From an uncultured Acidimicrobiales bacterium (GTDB taxonomy: Bacteria; Actinomycetota; Acidimicrobiia; Acidimicrobiales; VFJN01): a DNA stretch of 64,000 bases. The DNA lies in assembly GCA_963842395.1 (NCBI GenBank), contig CAWJGJ010000001.1:2922889-2986888 (forward strand), given 5' to 3'. Below, one piece after another: positions 1 through 9,538 of this stretch (the stretch's first letter is position 1; each line of letters begins with the position of its first letter). The translations under genes and the position numbers were made by a program. The notes beneath the pieces are model-generated. The model was not told the origin of the DNA, did no database searches, and saw only the letters and a program-made list of their open reading frames with translations.

Positions 1-1
1 G

Positions 2-106
2 TGGCCGCGGGACGAGTTCGACGCCCTGCTGGCGGAGGCGGGCTTCGCCGAGGTCGACCACGTCGGCGACGAGCACGGCTGGGTCGCCCTCGCTCGCACC
101 CGCTGA
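2..106 (+). CDS. C-terminal end of a probable class I SAM-dependent methyltransferase (5' part outside window)
   Basis: Frame is open from the window edge and reads WPRDEFDALLAEAGFAEVDHVGDEHGWVALARTR before TGA at 104-106. Composition looks protein-like. Function is inferred only from this short tail. Confidence 0.4.
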   Translation, partial: WPRDEFDALLAEAGFAEVDHVGDEHGWVALARTR

Positions 107-250
107 GCCGCCGGGCGCCGCCGCACGCCGCCGCCGCGTCGCGGAGCCGGCGGTGCGACATCGTGGCATGAGGACAAGACCTGTCCGCATCGCCCGCGAC
201 ACTGCTCCCAGCGGTCGCCACCGGGGCGGCCACGACGAAGGAGCACCGAC

Positions 251-970
251 ATGGCCGACCTCGCACTCGTCGCCGGTTCCAACCTCGGCGGCTGGGCCTG
301 GGAGCGGGTCACGCCCGATCTGGTGGCGAACGGGCACGACGTCCACCCGCTGACCCTCACCGGCTTCGGCGACCGCGCCCACCTGGCGTCGCCGCAGGTG
401 ACGTTGTCCACGCACGTCGCCGACATCGTCGCCGCCATCGAGACGGCGGACCTGCACGACGTGGTGCTCGTGGCGCACTCGTACTCCGGGGCGCCGGCCA
501 GCGTGGCCGCCGCCCAGGTGGCACCCCGCATCGCCCGCGTGGTGTACGTCGCCGCCAGCATCCCCCGGCCCGGCATGTCCGTGTTCGACGTGGGCGGTCC
601 CGAGTTCGAGCAGGGCGTCCGAGGGGCCGCCGATGCCGTGGGCGACGGCTGGCTCGTCCCCATGGTGAGCGACGAGATCCTGGATGCCGTGTTCGGCGAT
701 CACGGCCTGTCGGCGGACGACAAGGCGTGGCTGCGGGCCCGTGGGGTGGGCCAGCCGATCGGCTGCTTCACCGAACCGGCGCCCGACGACCTGAGCGCCC
801 TCGACACGCTGCCCCGCACGTACGTCGTGTGCGAGGGCGACCCGGGCGACCCGCCGGTGGCGCCGGGCACCCCGGGCTGGGATGTCGTGTCGGTCGCCAC
901 CGGCCACTGGCCCATGGTCACCGCCCCCGCCGAGCTGGCGGCGGTCATCGACAAGGCCGCCCGGAGCTGA
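251..970 (+). CDS. alpha/beta hydrolase (methylesterase-like)
   Basis: 239-aa ORF from ATG 251. Nucleophile elbow VAHSYSG and C-terminal TGHWPM histidine motif. Confidence 0.85.
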   Translation: MADLALVAGSNLGGWAWERVTPDLVANGHDVHPLTLTGFGDRAHLASPQVTLSTHVADIVAAIETADLHDVVLVAHSYSGAPASVAAAQVAPRIARVVYVAASIPRPGMSVFDVGGPEFEQGVRGAADAVGDGWLVPMVSDEILDAVFGDHGLSADDKAWLRARGVGQPIGCFTEPAPDDLSALDTLPRTYVVCEGDPGDPPVAPGTPGWDVVSVATGHWPMVTAPAELAAVIDKAARS

Positions 971-1119
971 CCGGCCGGTCGCCCTGATCGCCGTCCGGCG
1001 TCGGCGGACGCGCCCGGACGGCGATCGGCCGCCGGCGGTCGCGGGCGGCGGCGGTCGGCGGTCGGCGCTCGGCGGGGCCAGGTGTGGCGGGTGACGGTGA
1101 GCGGTGACGTCGGCGGCGG

Positions 1120-1719
1120 TCAGGCGTGGCGGAGGACGGTGACGGCGAAGTCGGCGCCCTCGTGCCAGGCCCGCAGGTCCCAGGTGGCGAAGCGGTGCTC
1201 GATCTCGAGGCCGGCGTCGGCCGCGCCCCGGTCGAACTCCTCGAGCGGCAGGTGGCGGTTCACGTGGAAGCCGGCGATCACGAACCCGTCGGCCCGGACG
1301 TGGGCGGCCACCCGGGCCAGCACGTCGGCCTCGCTGCCGGGGAAGACGAACAGCATGACGTTGCCCGCCAGCACCGCGGCGTCGAACGGCTCGCCTTCCC
1401 CGGCGGCCGCCAGGTCGAGCTCGGCCAGGTCGGCGACCAGCCAGCGAGGACCGGGATGATCGGCGCTCGCCACCTCGACGAGCGCCGGGTCGGCGTCGAC
1501 GCCCACCACCCGGTGGCCCCGGGCGGCCAGCTCGGCGCCCACACGGCCCGTCCCGCACCCAGCGTCGAGCACCCGGGCCTCCCGGGACAGCATGGCGTCG
1601 ACCAGCCGGGCCTCGCCGGCGAGGTCGGCGCCCTCGGCCGCCAACGCCCGGAAGCGCTCGACGTACCACTCGGTGTGGCCCTCGCTCGTGTCTGTGACCC
1701 AGCGGGTCGGCTTCCCCAT
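1120..1719 (-). CDS. class I SAM-dependent methyltransferase
   Basis: 199-aa ORF. SAM motif I VLDAGCGTGRVG followed by VVGVDAD. Confidence 0.85.
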   Translation of the reverse strand: MGKPTRWVTDTSEGHTEWYVERFRALAAEGADLAGEARLVDAMLSREARVLDAGCGTGRVGAELAARGHRVVGVDADPALVEVASADHPGPRWLVADLAELDLAAAGEGEPFDAAVLAGNVMLFVFPGSEADVLARVAAHVRADGFVIAGFHVNRHLPLEEFDRGAADAGLEIEHRFATWDLRAWHEGADFAVTVLRHA

Positions 1720-1767
1720 CGGCTCACCGTAAACCGCGACCGGGGGATCCCCAAAGGTCGGCCCCGG

Positions 1768-2502
1768 TCACATGGTCAGGCCCAGGCCACCGTCCACGAT
1801 CAGCACCTGCCCGGTCGCATACGTCATGGCGGCGAAGGCGACGCACGCCTCGGCGATGTCGTCCGCGGTGGCCACCCGCCGCAGCGGTGCGGCCGCGGCG
1901 ACGGCCTCGTGCATCGGCCCCCAGTCGGCGGTCCAGGGCGTGGCGACCAGGCCGGGAGCGACCGAGTTGACCCGCACCAGCCCGCCCGCGTGCTTGGCCA
2001 TGATCGCCGACATGTGGTCGAGCGCGGCCTTGGACACCGCGTACGGCAGCGAGCTGCCGAGCTGGCGGTTGCCGGCCAGCGAGGTGATGTTGGTGATCCA
2101 GCCGTCGTCGGCCTCGCGCAGCGCGGGCAGCGCCGCCTGGCTGACCAGGAACGTGCCGATCACGTTGGTGCGCAGCACCGTGTCCCAGTGGTCGACGGTG
2201 ACGGCGTCGATGTCGGCCAGCGGCACCGGCACGGTCCGCCCCGCGTTGTTGACCAGCCCGTCGAGGCGGCCCCACCGCTCCTGCGCCGCGGCCACGAGGG
2301 CCGGCCCGGTGGCCGGATCGCCGACGTCGCCCTGCACGTACACCGCGTCGGGCAGGCTGCCTGCCACCCGCTCCCCGGCCTCGACCGACGTCGCCGAGTT
2401 GACGACGATGCCGGCGCCGAGGTCCGCGAAGCGACGGGCCGTGGCCTCGCCGATGCCGCTCGACGAACCGGTCACGATGACGGCCTTGCCCGACAGGTCC
2501 AT
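1768..2502 (-). CDS. SDR family oxidoreductase
   Basis: 244 aa from ATG 2502, the last part of a longer artefactual ORF. Motifs TGSSSGIG, NNAG and catalytic YAVSK. Confidence 0.9.
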   Translation of the reverse strand: MDLSGKAVIVTGSSSGIGEATARRFADLGAGIVVNSATSVEAGERVAGSLPDAVYVQGDVGDPATGPALVAAAQERWGRLDGLVNNAGRTVPVPLADIDAVTVDHWDTVLRTNVIGTFLVSQAALPALREADDGWITNITSLAGNRQLGSSLPYAVSKAALDHMSAIMAKHAGGLVRVNSVAPGLVATPWTADWGPMHEAVAAAAPLRRVATADDIAEACVAFAAMTYATGQVLIVDGGLGLTM

Positions 2503-2543
2503 GTGCTGCCCTCCGCTGCGTGCCGGGTCGCCGGTCGGCCCGG

Positions 2544-3575
2544 TCAATGCCGGGCCCGGCGGCGCATCCACGGGCGGGCGACGGCCGGAGCAACGTAGCC
2601 CGCGTCCGCCCAGGTGAAGTTCGTGCCCGGGGCGACGATCTTGTCGATGGCGTCGAGCAGGTCGTCGTCGAGCACCACGTCGGTGGCGCCGAGCTGGCCC
2701 GCCAGGTGGTCGGCGGTGCGGGGCCCGATGATGGCGGCCGTGACCGCCGGGTGGTTCATCACGAAGGCGAGCGCCATGTGGACGAGGGTCATGCCCCGGT
2801 CCTCGGCCAGCTGCGCGAGGGCGTCGGCCGCCTCGAGCTTGGACTGGTTGGCCGGCTCGGACAGGTCGTAGCGGCCCGGGATGCGCTCGGCCCGCCGGCT
2901 GGTCAGGTTCTCGGCGCCGAGGCGCCACCGGCCCGACAGCCAGCCGCCCGCCAGTGGGCTCCAGGCGATGACGCCCATGGCGTAGCGCTCGCAGGTGGGC
3001 AGCACTTCCGATTCGACGCCCCGCACCAGCAGGGAGTACGGCGGCTGCTCGCACACGAAGCGCTGGGTGTTGCGGCGCTCGGCGGCCCACTGGGCCTCGA
3101 CGATGGCGCTGGCCGGGAAGGTGGAGCTGCCCAGGTAGCGGACCTTGCCCTGGTGGACGAGGTCGTCGAGCGCCCCGAGCGTCTCCTCGACGTCGATGCC
3201 CGGCTCGGGCCGGTGCACCTGGTAGAGGTCGATGTAGTCGGTGCCCAGGCGGGCGAGGCTCTCCTCGCAGGCCTTGATGATCCACCGGCGGGAGTTGCCC
3301 TTGCGGTTGGGGTCGCTGCCCATGGCGCCGTGGAACTTGGTGGCGATCACGAGGTCGTCGCGGCGGCCCTGGATGGCCTTGGCCACGATGGTCTCGGACT
3401 CGCCGGCCGAGTACACGTCGGCGGTGTCGATGAAGTTCACGCCGGCGTCGAGGGCGGTGTGGATGATCCGGACGGACTCGTCGTGGTCGGGCTCGCCCCA
3501 GGCGCCGAACATCATGGCGCCCAGGCACAGGGGGCTGACCTCGAGGCCGGTGCGGCCGAGCTTGCGGTACTTCAT
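2544..3575 (-). CDS. aldo/keto reductase
   Basis: 343 aa from ATG 3575 with GGTGGAGGAGA Shine-Dalgarno sequence just upstream. Motifs FIDTADVYSAGESE and IDLYQVHRP. Confidence 0.9.
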   Translation of the reverse strand: MKYRKLGRTGLEVSPLCLGAMMFGAWGEPDHDESVRIIHTALDAGVNFIDTADVYSAGESETIVAKAIQGRRDDLVIATKFHGAMGSDPNRKGNSRRWIIKACEESLARLGTDYIDLYQVHRPEPGIDVEETLGALDDLVHQGKVRYLGSSTFPASAIVEAQWAAERRNTQRFVCEQPPYSLLVRGVESEVLPTCERYAMGVIAWSPLAGGWLSGRWRLGAENLTSRRAERIPGRYDLSEPANQSKLEAADALAQLAEDRGMTLVHMALAFVMNHPAVTAAIIGPRTADHLAGQLGATDVVLDDDLLDAIDKIVAPGTNFTWADAGYVAPAVARPWMRRRARH

Positions 3576-3698
3576 GGTTCTCCTCCACCCCGTGACGTGA
3601 CGGCGGGCACGGTACCGGGACGCGCCCGCGATCCGACGGGATCGGGCGGACCGTCGTGATCCGACGGGCAAGGGTGGGCGGTCTGGAAGAGTGGTGCC

Positions 3699-5253
3699 GT
3701 GGGCCACGAGACCGCGCCGGCACGACTGGCGGAGCTCACGATCGCCCTGTCGCTGGCGAGCGACCTGGGCACGGGCCAGCCACTCGAGCACGGCCTGCGC
3801 ACCTGCTGGCTGTCGCTCGAGGCGGCGCAGGCGCTCGGCCTCGACGCCGCGACCCGGTCGTGCGTCTACCACGTGGCGCTGCTGCGCTTCCTCGGGTGCA
3901 CGTCGGACGCATCGGAGGCGGCCGGCGCTGGCCGGCGGAGACGACGTGGTGCTCAACGCCACGTTCGCGCGGATGCTCAACGCGCAGCCCGCCGAGGTCC
4001 TCCGGTTCCTCGTCCGCCACCTGGCCGAGGACCTGCCGCCGGTACGCCGCGCCGGCCTGGTCGCCCGGGCCCTGGCCGACCCGGGCGGCCAGCAGCGCAG
4101 CCTCGCCAACCACTGCGAGGCGGCCGCCCGGCTGGCGACACGGCTCGGCGCCCCCCACGCGGTGTGCGCGTCGTTGGCCCACGGGTACGAGCGCTGGGAC
4201 GGCCGGGGTCATCCGGAGGGGTTGGCGGGCGAGGACGTGCCGATCGCGGTCCGCATCGTCGCCGTCGCCCGCGACGCCGAGCTGTGGGCCCGCCACGCGG
4301 ACTGGGTGACGGCCGGCGAGGTGCTCGCCCACCGGCGGGGCCGCGCCTACGACCCCGCCGTGGTCGACGTGCTCGCCGCCCAGGCCGAGGGCTGGCTGGC
4401 CGGGATCGGCGACGATCCGGCGGCCGCGGTCCTCGACGCCGAGCCGGACCCGGTCCTCACCATCGGGGCGGAGGCGATCGACCGTGCGCTGGGCGCCGTC
4501 GCCGACTTCGCCGACCTGAAGTCGCCGTTCCTCCTCGGCCACTCGCCGGGCGTGGCCGACCTGGCGGCGGCCGCCGCCGGTGCCGCCGGGCTGCCCGACG
4601 ACGCGGCGGCCACGCTGCGCCGCGCCGGCCTGGTGCACGACGTCGGCCGCGTGGGCGTGCCGTCCGGCATCTGGGACCGGCCCGGCCCGCTGACCGGCGA
4701 CCAATGGGAGCGTGTGCGGCTCCACCCCTACCTCGGCGAGCGGGTGCTGGCCCGCTGCCCGCTGCTCGCGCCGTACGCCGAGCTGGCTGCCCTCCACCAC
4801 GAGCGGGCCGACGGCGGCGGCTATCACCGGGGCGTGGCGGGCGACCAGCTCGGCTTCGCCGCCCGGCTGCTCGCCGCCGCGGACAGCCACCGCGCCATGA
4901 CCGAGGCCCGGCCCCACCGGCCTGCGCTCACCCCGGCCGCGGCGGCGGCGCAGTTGCTGGACGAGGCCGACGCCGGCCGGTGGGGGCGCGCCGAGGTCGA
5001 CGCCGTGCTGGCGGCGGCCGGCGAGGCGACCCGCCCTCCACAGGTGGCGAGGCCCGCGGGCCTCACCGAGCGCGAGGTCGACGTGCTGCGCCTCATCGCC
5101 CGCGGCCACCCCAACAAGCGGGTGGGCGCCACGCTGGGCATCTCGCCGAAGACCGTGGGACACCACGTCGAGCACATCTACGCCAAGGCCGGGGTGACGA
5201 CCCGGGCGGGCGCCACCCTCTTCGCGCTCGAGCACGGCCTGCTCTCGCTCTGA
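3699..5253 (+). pseudogene. HD-GYP-like domain / LuxR-family transcriptional regulator, reading frame broken near 3924
   Basis: The first ~75 codons (MGHETAPARLAELTIALSLASDLGTGQPLEH...FLGCTSDASEAA) are in the frame of ATG 3699. From 3925 the protein continues (ALAGGDDVVLNATFARML...) one base out of frame to TGA 5253. Contains two HD-GYP-like modules (HGYERWDGRGHPEG; HHERADGGGYHRG) and a C-terminal LuxR HTH (LTEREVDVLRLIARGHPNKRVGATLGISPKTVGHHVEHIY). Confidence 0.75.
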
Positions 5254-5339
5254 GCACGCCACGAGCGAGACATCGGGCGAGCGAGACATCGGGCGAACGC
5301 CCGATGCGCGCCGGCCCCGGCCCCGTCACACTCCCGTCC

Positions 5340-6161
5340 ATGACGACCATCGGGGTGGACGACACGACGACGTCGCGTTTCGACGTCCGATCGGACGACG
5401 GGACGCCGCTGGCGGTGTGGGCGTCTGGGGACGGGCCGCCCCTGGTGCTGGTGCACGGGTGCCCGTCCGACCACAGCACCTTCGACCCGCTCGTGGACGC
5501 GTTGCGGGGCGACGTCGCCTGCTTCGCCATGGACCGCCGCGGCTCGGGGGCGAGCGGCGACACGGCGCCCTACGCGTTCGAGCGGGAGCTCGAGGACGTC
5601 GCGGCGGTGGTCGACGCCGTCGCCGCCCGGACGGATGGCCCGGTGATGCTGTGGGGCCACAGCTATGGCTGCAACCCGGCGATGGGCGGGGCGGCTCGCA
5701 CCGGCAACGTCAGCCACCTCCTGCTCTACGAGCCCAGCCTCGGGCTGCGGTACCCGCCGGGGTCGGTCGAGGCGATCGAGCGGGCGGTGGCGGCCGGCGA
5801 CCGCGAGGGCGCCATCCGCGCCGCGCTGGTCGACACGGGGGTGATGACCGACGACGAGCTGGACGCGTTCAAGGCGGGCCCCCGCTGGCCCGCGGTCCTC
5901 GCTGCCGCCCCGACCCTGCCCCGCGAGTGCCGGGTCGAGAACGACTGGGTCTGGCGGGCCGGCTGGCTCGAGGCCGTCTCGGCGCCGACGCTCCTGCTCA
6001 CCGGATCGGACAGCGACGCCGACCTGGCGGCGTGCACCCGCGAGGCGGCGGCCGCCATCCCGGGGGCGCGGGTGCGGGTCATCGACGGGCACGCCCACTT
6101 CGCGTACAAGTCGGACCCTGCCATGGTGGCGGCCCTCATCAGGGACTTCGTGTCGGCGTAG
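5340..6161 (+). CDS. alpha/beta hydrolase
   Basis: 273 aa from ATG 5340 (alternative ATG at 5304). Nucleophile elbow WGHSYG and C-terminal GHAHF histidine. Confidence 0.8.
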   Translation: MTTIGVDDTTTSRFDVRSDDGTPLAVWASGDGPPLVLVHGCPSDHSTFDPLVDALRGDVACFAMDRRGSGASGDTAPYAFERELEDVAAVVDAVAARTDGPVMLWGHSYGCNPAMGGAARTGNVSHLLLYEPSLGLRYPPGSVEAIERAVAAGDREGAIRAALVDTGVMTDDELDAFKAGPRWPAVLAAAPTLPRECRVENDWVWRAGWLEAVSAPTLLLTGSDSDADLAACTREAAAAIPGARVRVIDGHAHFAYKSDPAMVAALIRDFVSA

Positions 6162-6250
6162 CGCACCCGGGAGCCCGGATAGCGTCGGGCGCGCACCTCA
6201 CCCCCGAGGGCCCGGGCCCCGCCCGGCGGACCGAACGACAGGACCGCCCG

Positions 6251-6769
6251 ATGCGCACCGCCACCGCGGCCGCCGGAACCTCGCTCTTCTTCGCCGTCGC
6301 CCCGGGCGTCGTGGCGGGCGTCGTGCCCTGGCTGCTCACCGGGTGGCAGGGGGCCGAGCCGCCGTGGCCCGCGCTCGTGCGGGCGGTCGGGCTCGCCGTG
6401 CTGGCGGTGTGCACGATCGTGCTCGTCCAGGCGTTCGTCCGGTTCGTGCGGGAGGGCGGGGGCACGCCGGCGCCGGTGGCCCCCACCGAGCGGCTGGTGG
6501 TGGGCGGCCTCTACCGCCACGTGCGGAACCCGATGTACGTGGCGGTGATCGGCGCCATCGTGGGCCAGGCCCTGCTGCTGGGGCGGCCGGTGCTGCTCGT
6601 GTACGCCGCGGCGGCCGGCGCAGGGATGGCGCTGTTCGTCCGGGCCTACGAGGAACCGAAGCTCGCGGCCCGCTACGGCGAGCAGTACCGGGCGTACCGC
6701 CGGGCCGTGCCCGGCTGGCTGCCGCGGCTGCGACCGTGGACCCCCGACGCCGACGACACCGCCGGCTGA
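6251..6769 (+). CDS. isoprenylcysteine carboxyl methyltransferase-family membrane protein
   Basis: 172 aa from ATG 6251. Multiple TM helices, with GGLYRHVRNPMY and EEPKLAARYGEQYRAYRRAVP motifs typical of the ICMT/PEMT family. Confidence 0.8.
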   Translation: MRTATAAAGTSLFFAVAPGVVAGVVPWLLTGWQGAEPPWPALVRAVGLAVLAVCTIVLVQAFVRFVREGGGTPAPVAPTERLVVGGLYRHVRNPMYVAVIGAIVGQALLLGRPVLLVYAAAAGAGMALFVRAYEEPKLAARYGEQYRAYRRAVPGWLPRLRPWTPDADDTAG

Positions 6770-6828
6770 CCGCCCGCGGGTCGCATTCGTCCAATCCCGC
6801 CACCGGCGTGGGTTCCTACCCTGGTGCC

Positions 6829-7221
6829 ATGTCGACCACGTTCCTCGACCTCATCCCCGTCGTTCCCTACCAGGACATCCGCGCCGCCCACGACTTCCTC
6901 GTCCACGCCCTGGGCTTCACGTCCGCGGGCGTGGTCGAGGACGGGGACGGCAACGTCGTCCACGGCGAGGTGCTCGCCGGTGAGCGGCGCATCTGGCTGC
7001 ACGCGGTCTCGGGCGGGCTCACCACGCCGCAGCTCGCCGGCGCGGCGTCGCAGGGCATCGTCGTGCACGTCGCCGACGTGGACGCCCACTTCGCCCACGC
7101 CCAGGCCAGCGGGGCCACGATCCTGCGGGAGCCGGCCGACGAGGACTACGGCCAGCGCGAGTACGGCGTTCAGGATCCGGAGGGCCACAGCTGGTACATC
7201 GCCACCCCGCTCACCTCGTAG
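6829..7221 (+). CDS. VOC (glyoxalase/bleomycin-resistance) family protein
   Basis: 130 aa from ATG 6829. C-terminal DEDYGQREYGVQDPEGHSWYI is typical of the VOC fold. Confidence 0.85.
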   Translation: MSTTFLDLIPVVPYQDIRAAHDFLVHALGFTSAGVVEDGDGNVVHGEVLAGERRIWLHAVSGGLTTPQLAGAASQGIVVHVADVDAHFAHAQASGATILREPADEDYGQREYGVQDPEGHSWYIATPLTS

Positions 7222-7374
7222 GCCGGGCGCCGCGGCCACGTGCCGGAGGCCGTCCGGCCCGCGACACGCGATCCGGGCTCGTCCGCCACCTCGACGGACC
7301 GCGGGATCGGCATGAGCCGATGAGTCCTGGGGCAGTGTGTGGTCTGAAGGGCGGGCGTCGAGCGAGCGCGAGGG

Positions 7375-8343
7375 GTGCACATGGTGAGCTACACGGTGGG
7401 GCGGCGCACGGTCGAGATCACCCACCCCGACCGCGTGCTGTTCCCCGACGACGGGTACACCAAGGCCGACCTGGCCGAGTACCACCACGCGGTCGCCGAC
7501 GCGCTCGTCGCCCACGTGGGCGACCGGCCGCTGATGCTGCAACGCTTCCCGGAGGGCATCGGGGGCAAGGGCTTCTACCAGAAGGAGGGCGGGCGGGGCG
7601 TGCCGCGCTGGATCCGCACGGTCGAGGCGCGCAAGGAGGGCGGCGTCGTGAACCACCCGGTGATCGACGACGCGGCCGGCGTGCTGGCGCTCACCAATCT
7701 CTCGACCGTGTCGTTCCACCGGTGGCCCAGCCGGGCGGACGAGCTCGACCGTCCCGACCTGCTGATCGTCGACCTCGACCCGTCCACCGACGACTTCGAC
7801 GAGGTCCGGCGTGCGGCCCGCTGGACGCGTACCGTGTTCGACGAGCTCGACCTGGCCCCGTATCTGCAGGTGACGGGCTCGCGGGGCGTCCACGTGGTCG
7901 CCCCGCTCGACCGGTCGGTGGGCACCGAGGCGGTGGCCCGGTTCGCCTACGGCGTCGCGTCCCTGCTGGCCGCCCGCCATCCCGCCGAGCTGACGGTCGA
8001 GACCCGCAAGGTGGGCCGCCACGGCCGGCTCTACGTCGACGTCGCCCGCAACGGCTGGGCGCAGACGGTCGTGGCCCCCTACTCGGTCCGGCCCCGGCGG
8101 GGCGCCCCGGTGGCGGCGCCGGTCACGTGGGACGAGCTGGACGACCCCGGCGTCCGGCCCGACGGCTGGACCATCGCCACCATGCCCGACCGCCTGGCAT
8201 CGACCGGCGACCCCTGGGCCGCCCTGGCCCGCCACGCCCGCGCCCTCGGGCCGCGCGCGGCCCGGCTCGACGCCCTGCTCACCGAGGCCGGCGCCGCGCC
8301 GCCTCCCGCGGCGACCGAGGGCGGGGCCGACCCGGGGTCATAG
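7375..8343 (+). CDS. ligD: LigD polymerase/primase (AEP) domain protein, stand-alone
   Basis: 322-aa ORF. AEP motifs LLIVDLDP (DxD), TGSRGVHVV and LYVDV. N-terminal FPDDGYTKADLAEYHHAV is typical of LigD-Pol. Start could instead be ATG 7381. Confidence 0.85.
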   Translation: MHMVSYTVGRRTVEITHPDRVLFPDDGYTKADLAEYHHAVADALVAHVGDRPLMLQRFPEGIGGKGFYQKEGGRGVPRWIRTVEARKEGGVVNHPVIDDAAGVLALTNLSTVSFHRWPSRADELDRPDLLIVDLDPSTDDFDEVRRAARWTRTVFDELDLAPYLQVTGSRGVHVVAPLDRSVGTEAVARFAYGVASLLAARHPAELTVETRKVGRHGRLYVDVARNGWAQTVVAPYSVRPRRGAPVAAPVTWDELDDPGVRPDGWTIATMPDRLASTGDPWAALARHARALGPRAARLDALLTEAGAAPPPAATEGGADPGS

Positions 8344-8373
8344 GCGCCGTTCGCCGGGTCGGGTCGTCCCCGT

Positions 8374-9501
8374 TCACGCGGAGACCGCGCGGGCACGGCG
8401 GCCGGGTCGCTCGGCGTAGGCCACGGCGAGGACCGTGACGGCCAGGGCCCCGGCGAGCGCCAGCGCGGCCAGCTCACGGCCGAGCGGGACCAGGGCCAGG
8501 GCCACGGCCAGGGCGGCCAGGCAGGGCACGCCCGGGCTCGCCCCGCGCCGCAGCCGGATGGCGGCGAGGCCCCCGAGATAGAGCGCCACGCCCCCGGCGA
8601 AGCTGGCGGCGAACACCGCGTCCAGCCGGTCGCCCGGGTGGAGCAGCGCCTCGTGGATGCCGACCGCCGCGAACACGACGCCCAGCACCAGCGGGATGTG
8701 CAGGTAGCTGTAGACGTCGCGGGCCATGCGGGCCCGGGCGTGTCCCTCGGCCGCCACCAGGGCCGCCTCGTCGGCCTCGGCCTCCTGGTCGAAGTAGGCC
8801 CACCACAGGCCGACGATCAGGCTCATGACCACGAGGGCGGAGCCGGCCACGCCCCAGTCGACCGTGATCACGGCGCCGCCGGCCCCGATCGCCACCACCG
8901 ACTCGCCCAGGGCGATGATGACGATGAGCCCGTGGCGCTCGGCCAGGTGGCCGGGATGGACCGTGAACCCGGCGACCCCGGTGACGTAGGGGCCGGTGTA
9001 GGTGATCGCGACCGCCGCCACCCACAGCACGGTGCGGGGAGCGCCGTCGGCGAGGCCCGCCGCCACCAGGACGAGCGCCGCGAGGAGGTTGGTGGGCGCG
9101 AGGCGCAGGATGGCCGCACGGGTCGTCTCCGGGTTCTCGGCGGCGACGGCGAACAGCACGGCGTGCAGCACCATCACCACGAGGTGGCCGAGCGCGAAGG
9201 CGACACCGCCGCCGGCCCAGGCCGTGGGCACGGCCAGCGCGGTGACCAACATGGCGGCCATGGCGCTCAGCACGACGAGGCGGGGGACGGTCTCGCTGGT
9301 CGGCACGGCGTTGGTGAGCCAGGCGTACGCGCCCCACGACCACCACAGCACCGCGAACACGAGGACGCCGCGGCCCAGGCCGGCCGCGGTGGGCTCGTGG
9401 GTCAGGGTGCCCGTGATCTGCGTGAAGCCGAACACGAACACGAGGTCGAAGAACAGCTCCAGCGGCGAGACGCGGGGCTCGATCGTTGCGGTCTCCTCCA
9501 T
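8374..9501 (-). CDS. low-temperature-requirement protein A (LtrA) family membrane protein
   Basis: 375-aa polytopic ORF. N-terminal VSPLELFFDLVFVFGFTQ is the LtrA signature. Confidence 0.85.
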   Translation of the reverse strand: MEETATIEPRVSPLELFFDLVFVFGFTQITGTLTHEPTAAGLGRGVLVFAVLWWSWGAYAWLTNAVPTSETVPRLVVLSAMAAMLVTALAVPTAWAGGGVAFALGHLVVMVLHAVLFAVAAENPETTRAAILRLAPTNLLAALVLVAAGLADGAPRTVLWVAAVAITYTGPYVTGVAGFTVHPGHLAERHGLIVIIALGESVVAIGAGGAVITVDWGVAGSALVVMSLIVGLWWAYFDQEAEADEAALVAAEGHARARMARDVYSYLHIPLVLGVVFAAVGIHEALLHPGDRLDAVFAASFAGGVALYLGGLAAIRLRRGASPGVPCLAALAVALALVPLGRELAALALAGALAVTVLAVAYAERPGRRARAVSA

Positions 9502-9538
9502 CGCGCCACAGTGTGCCCGCGGCCGGGAGGGGACGACG

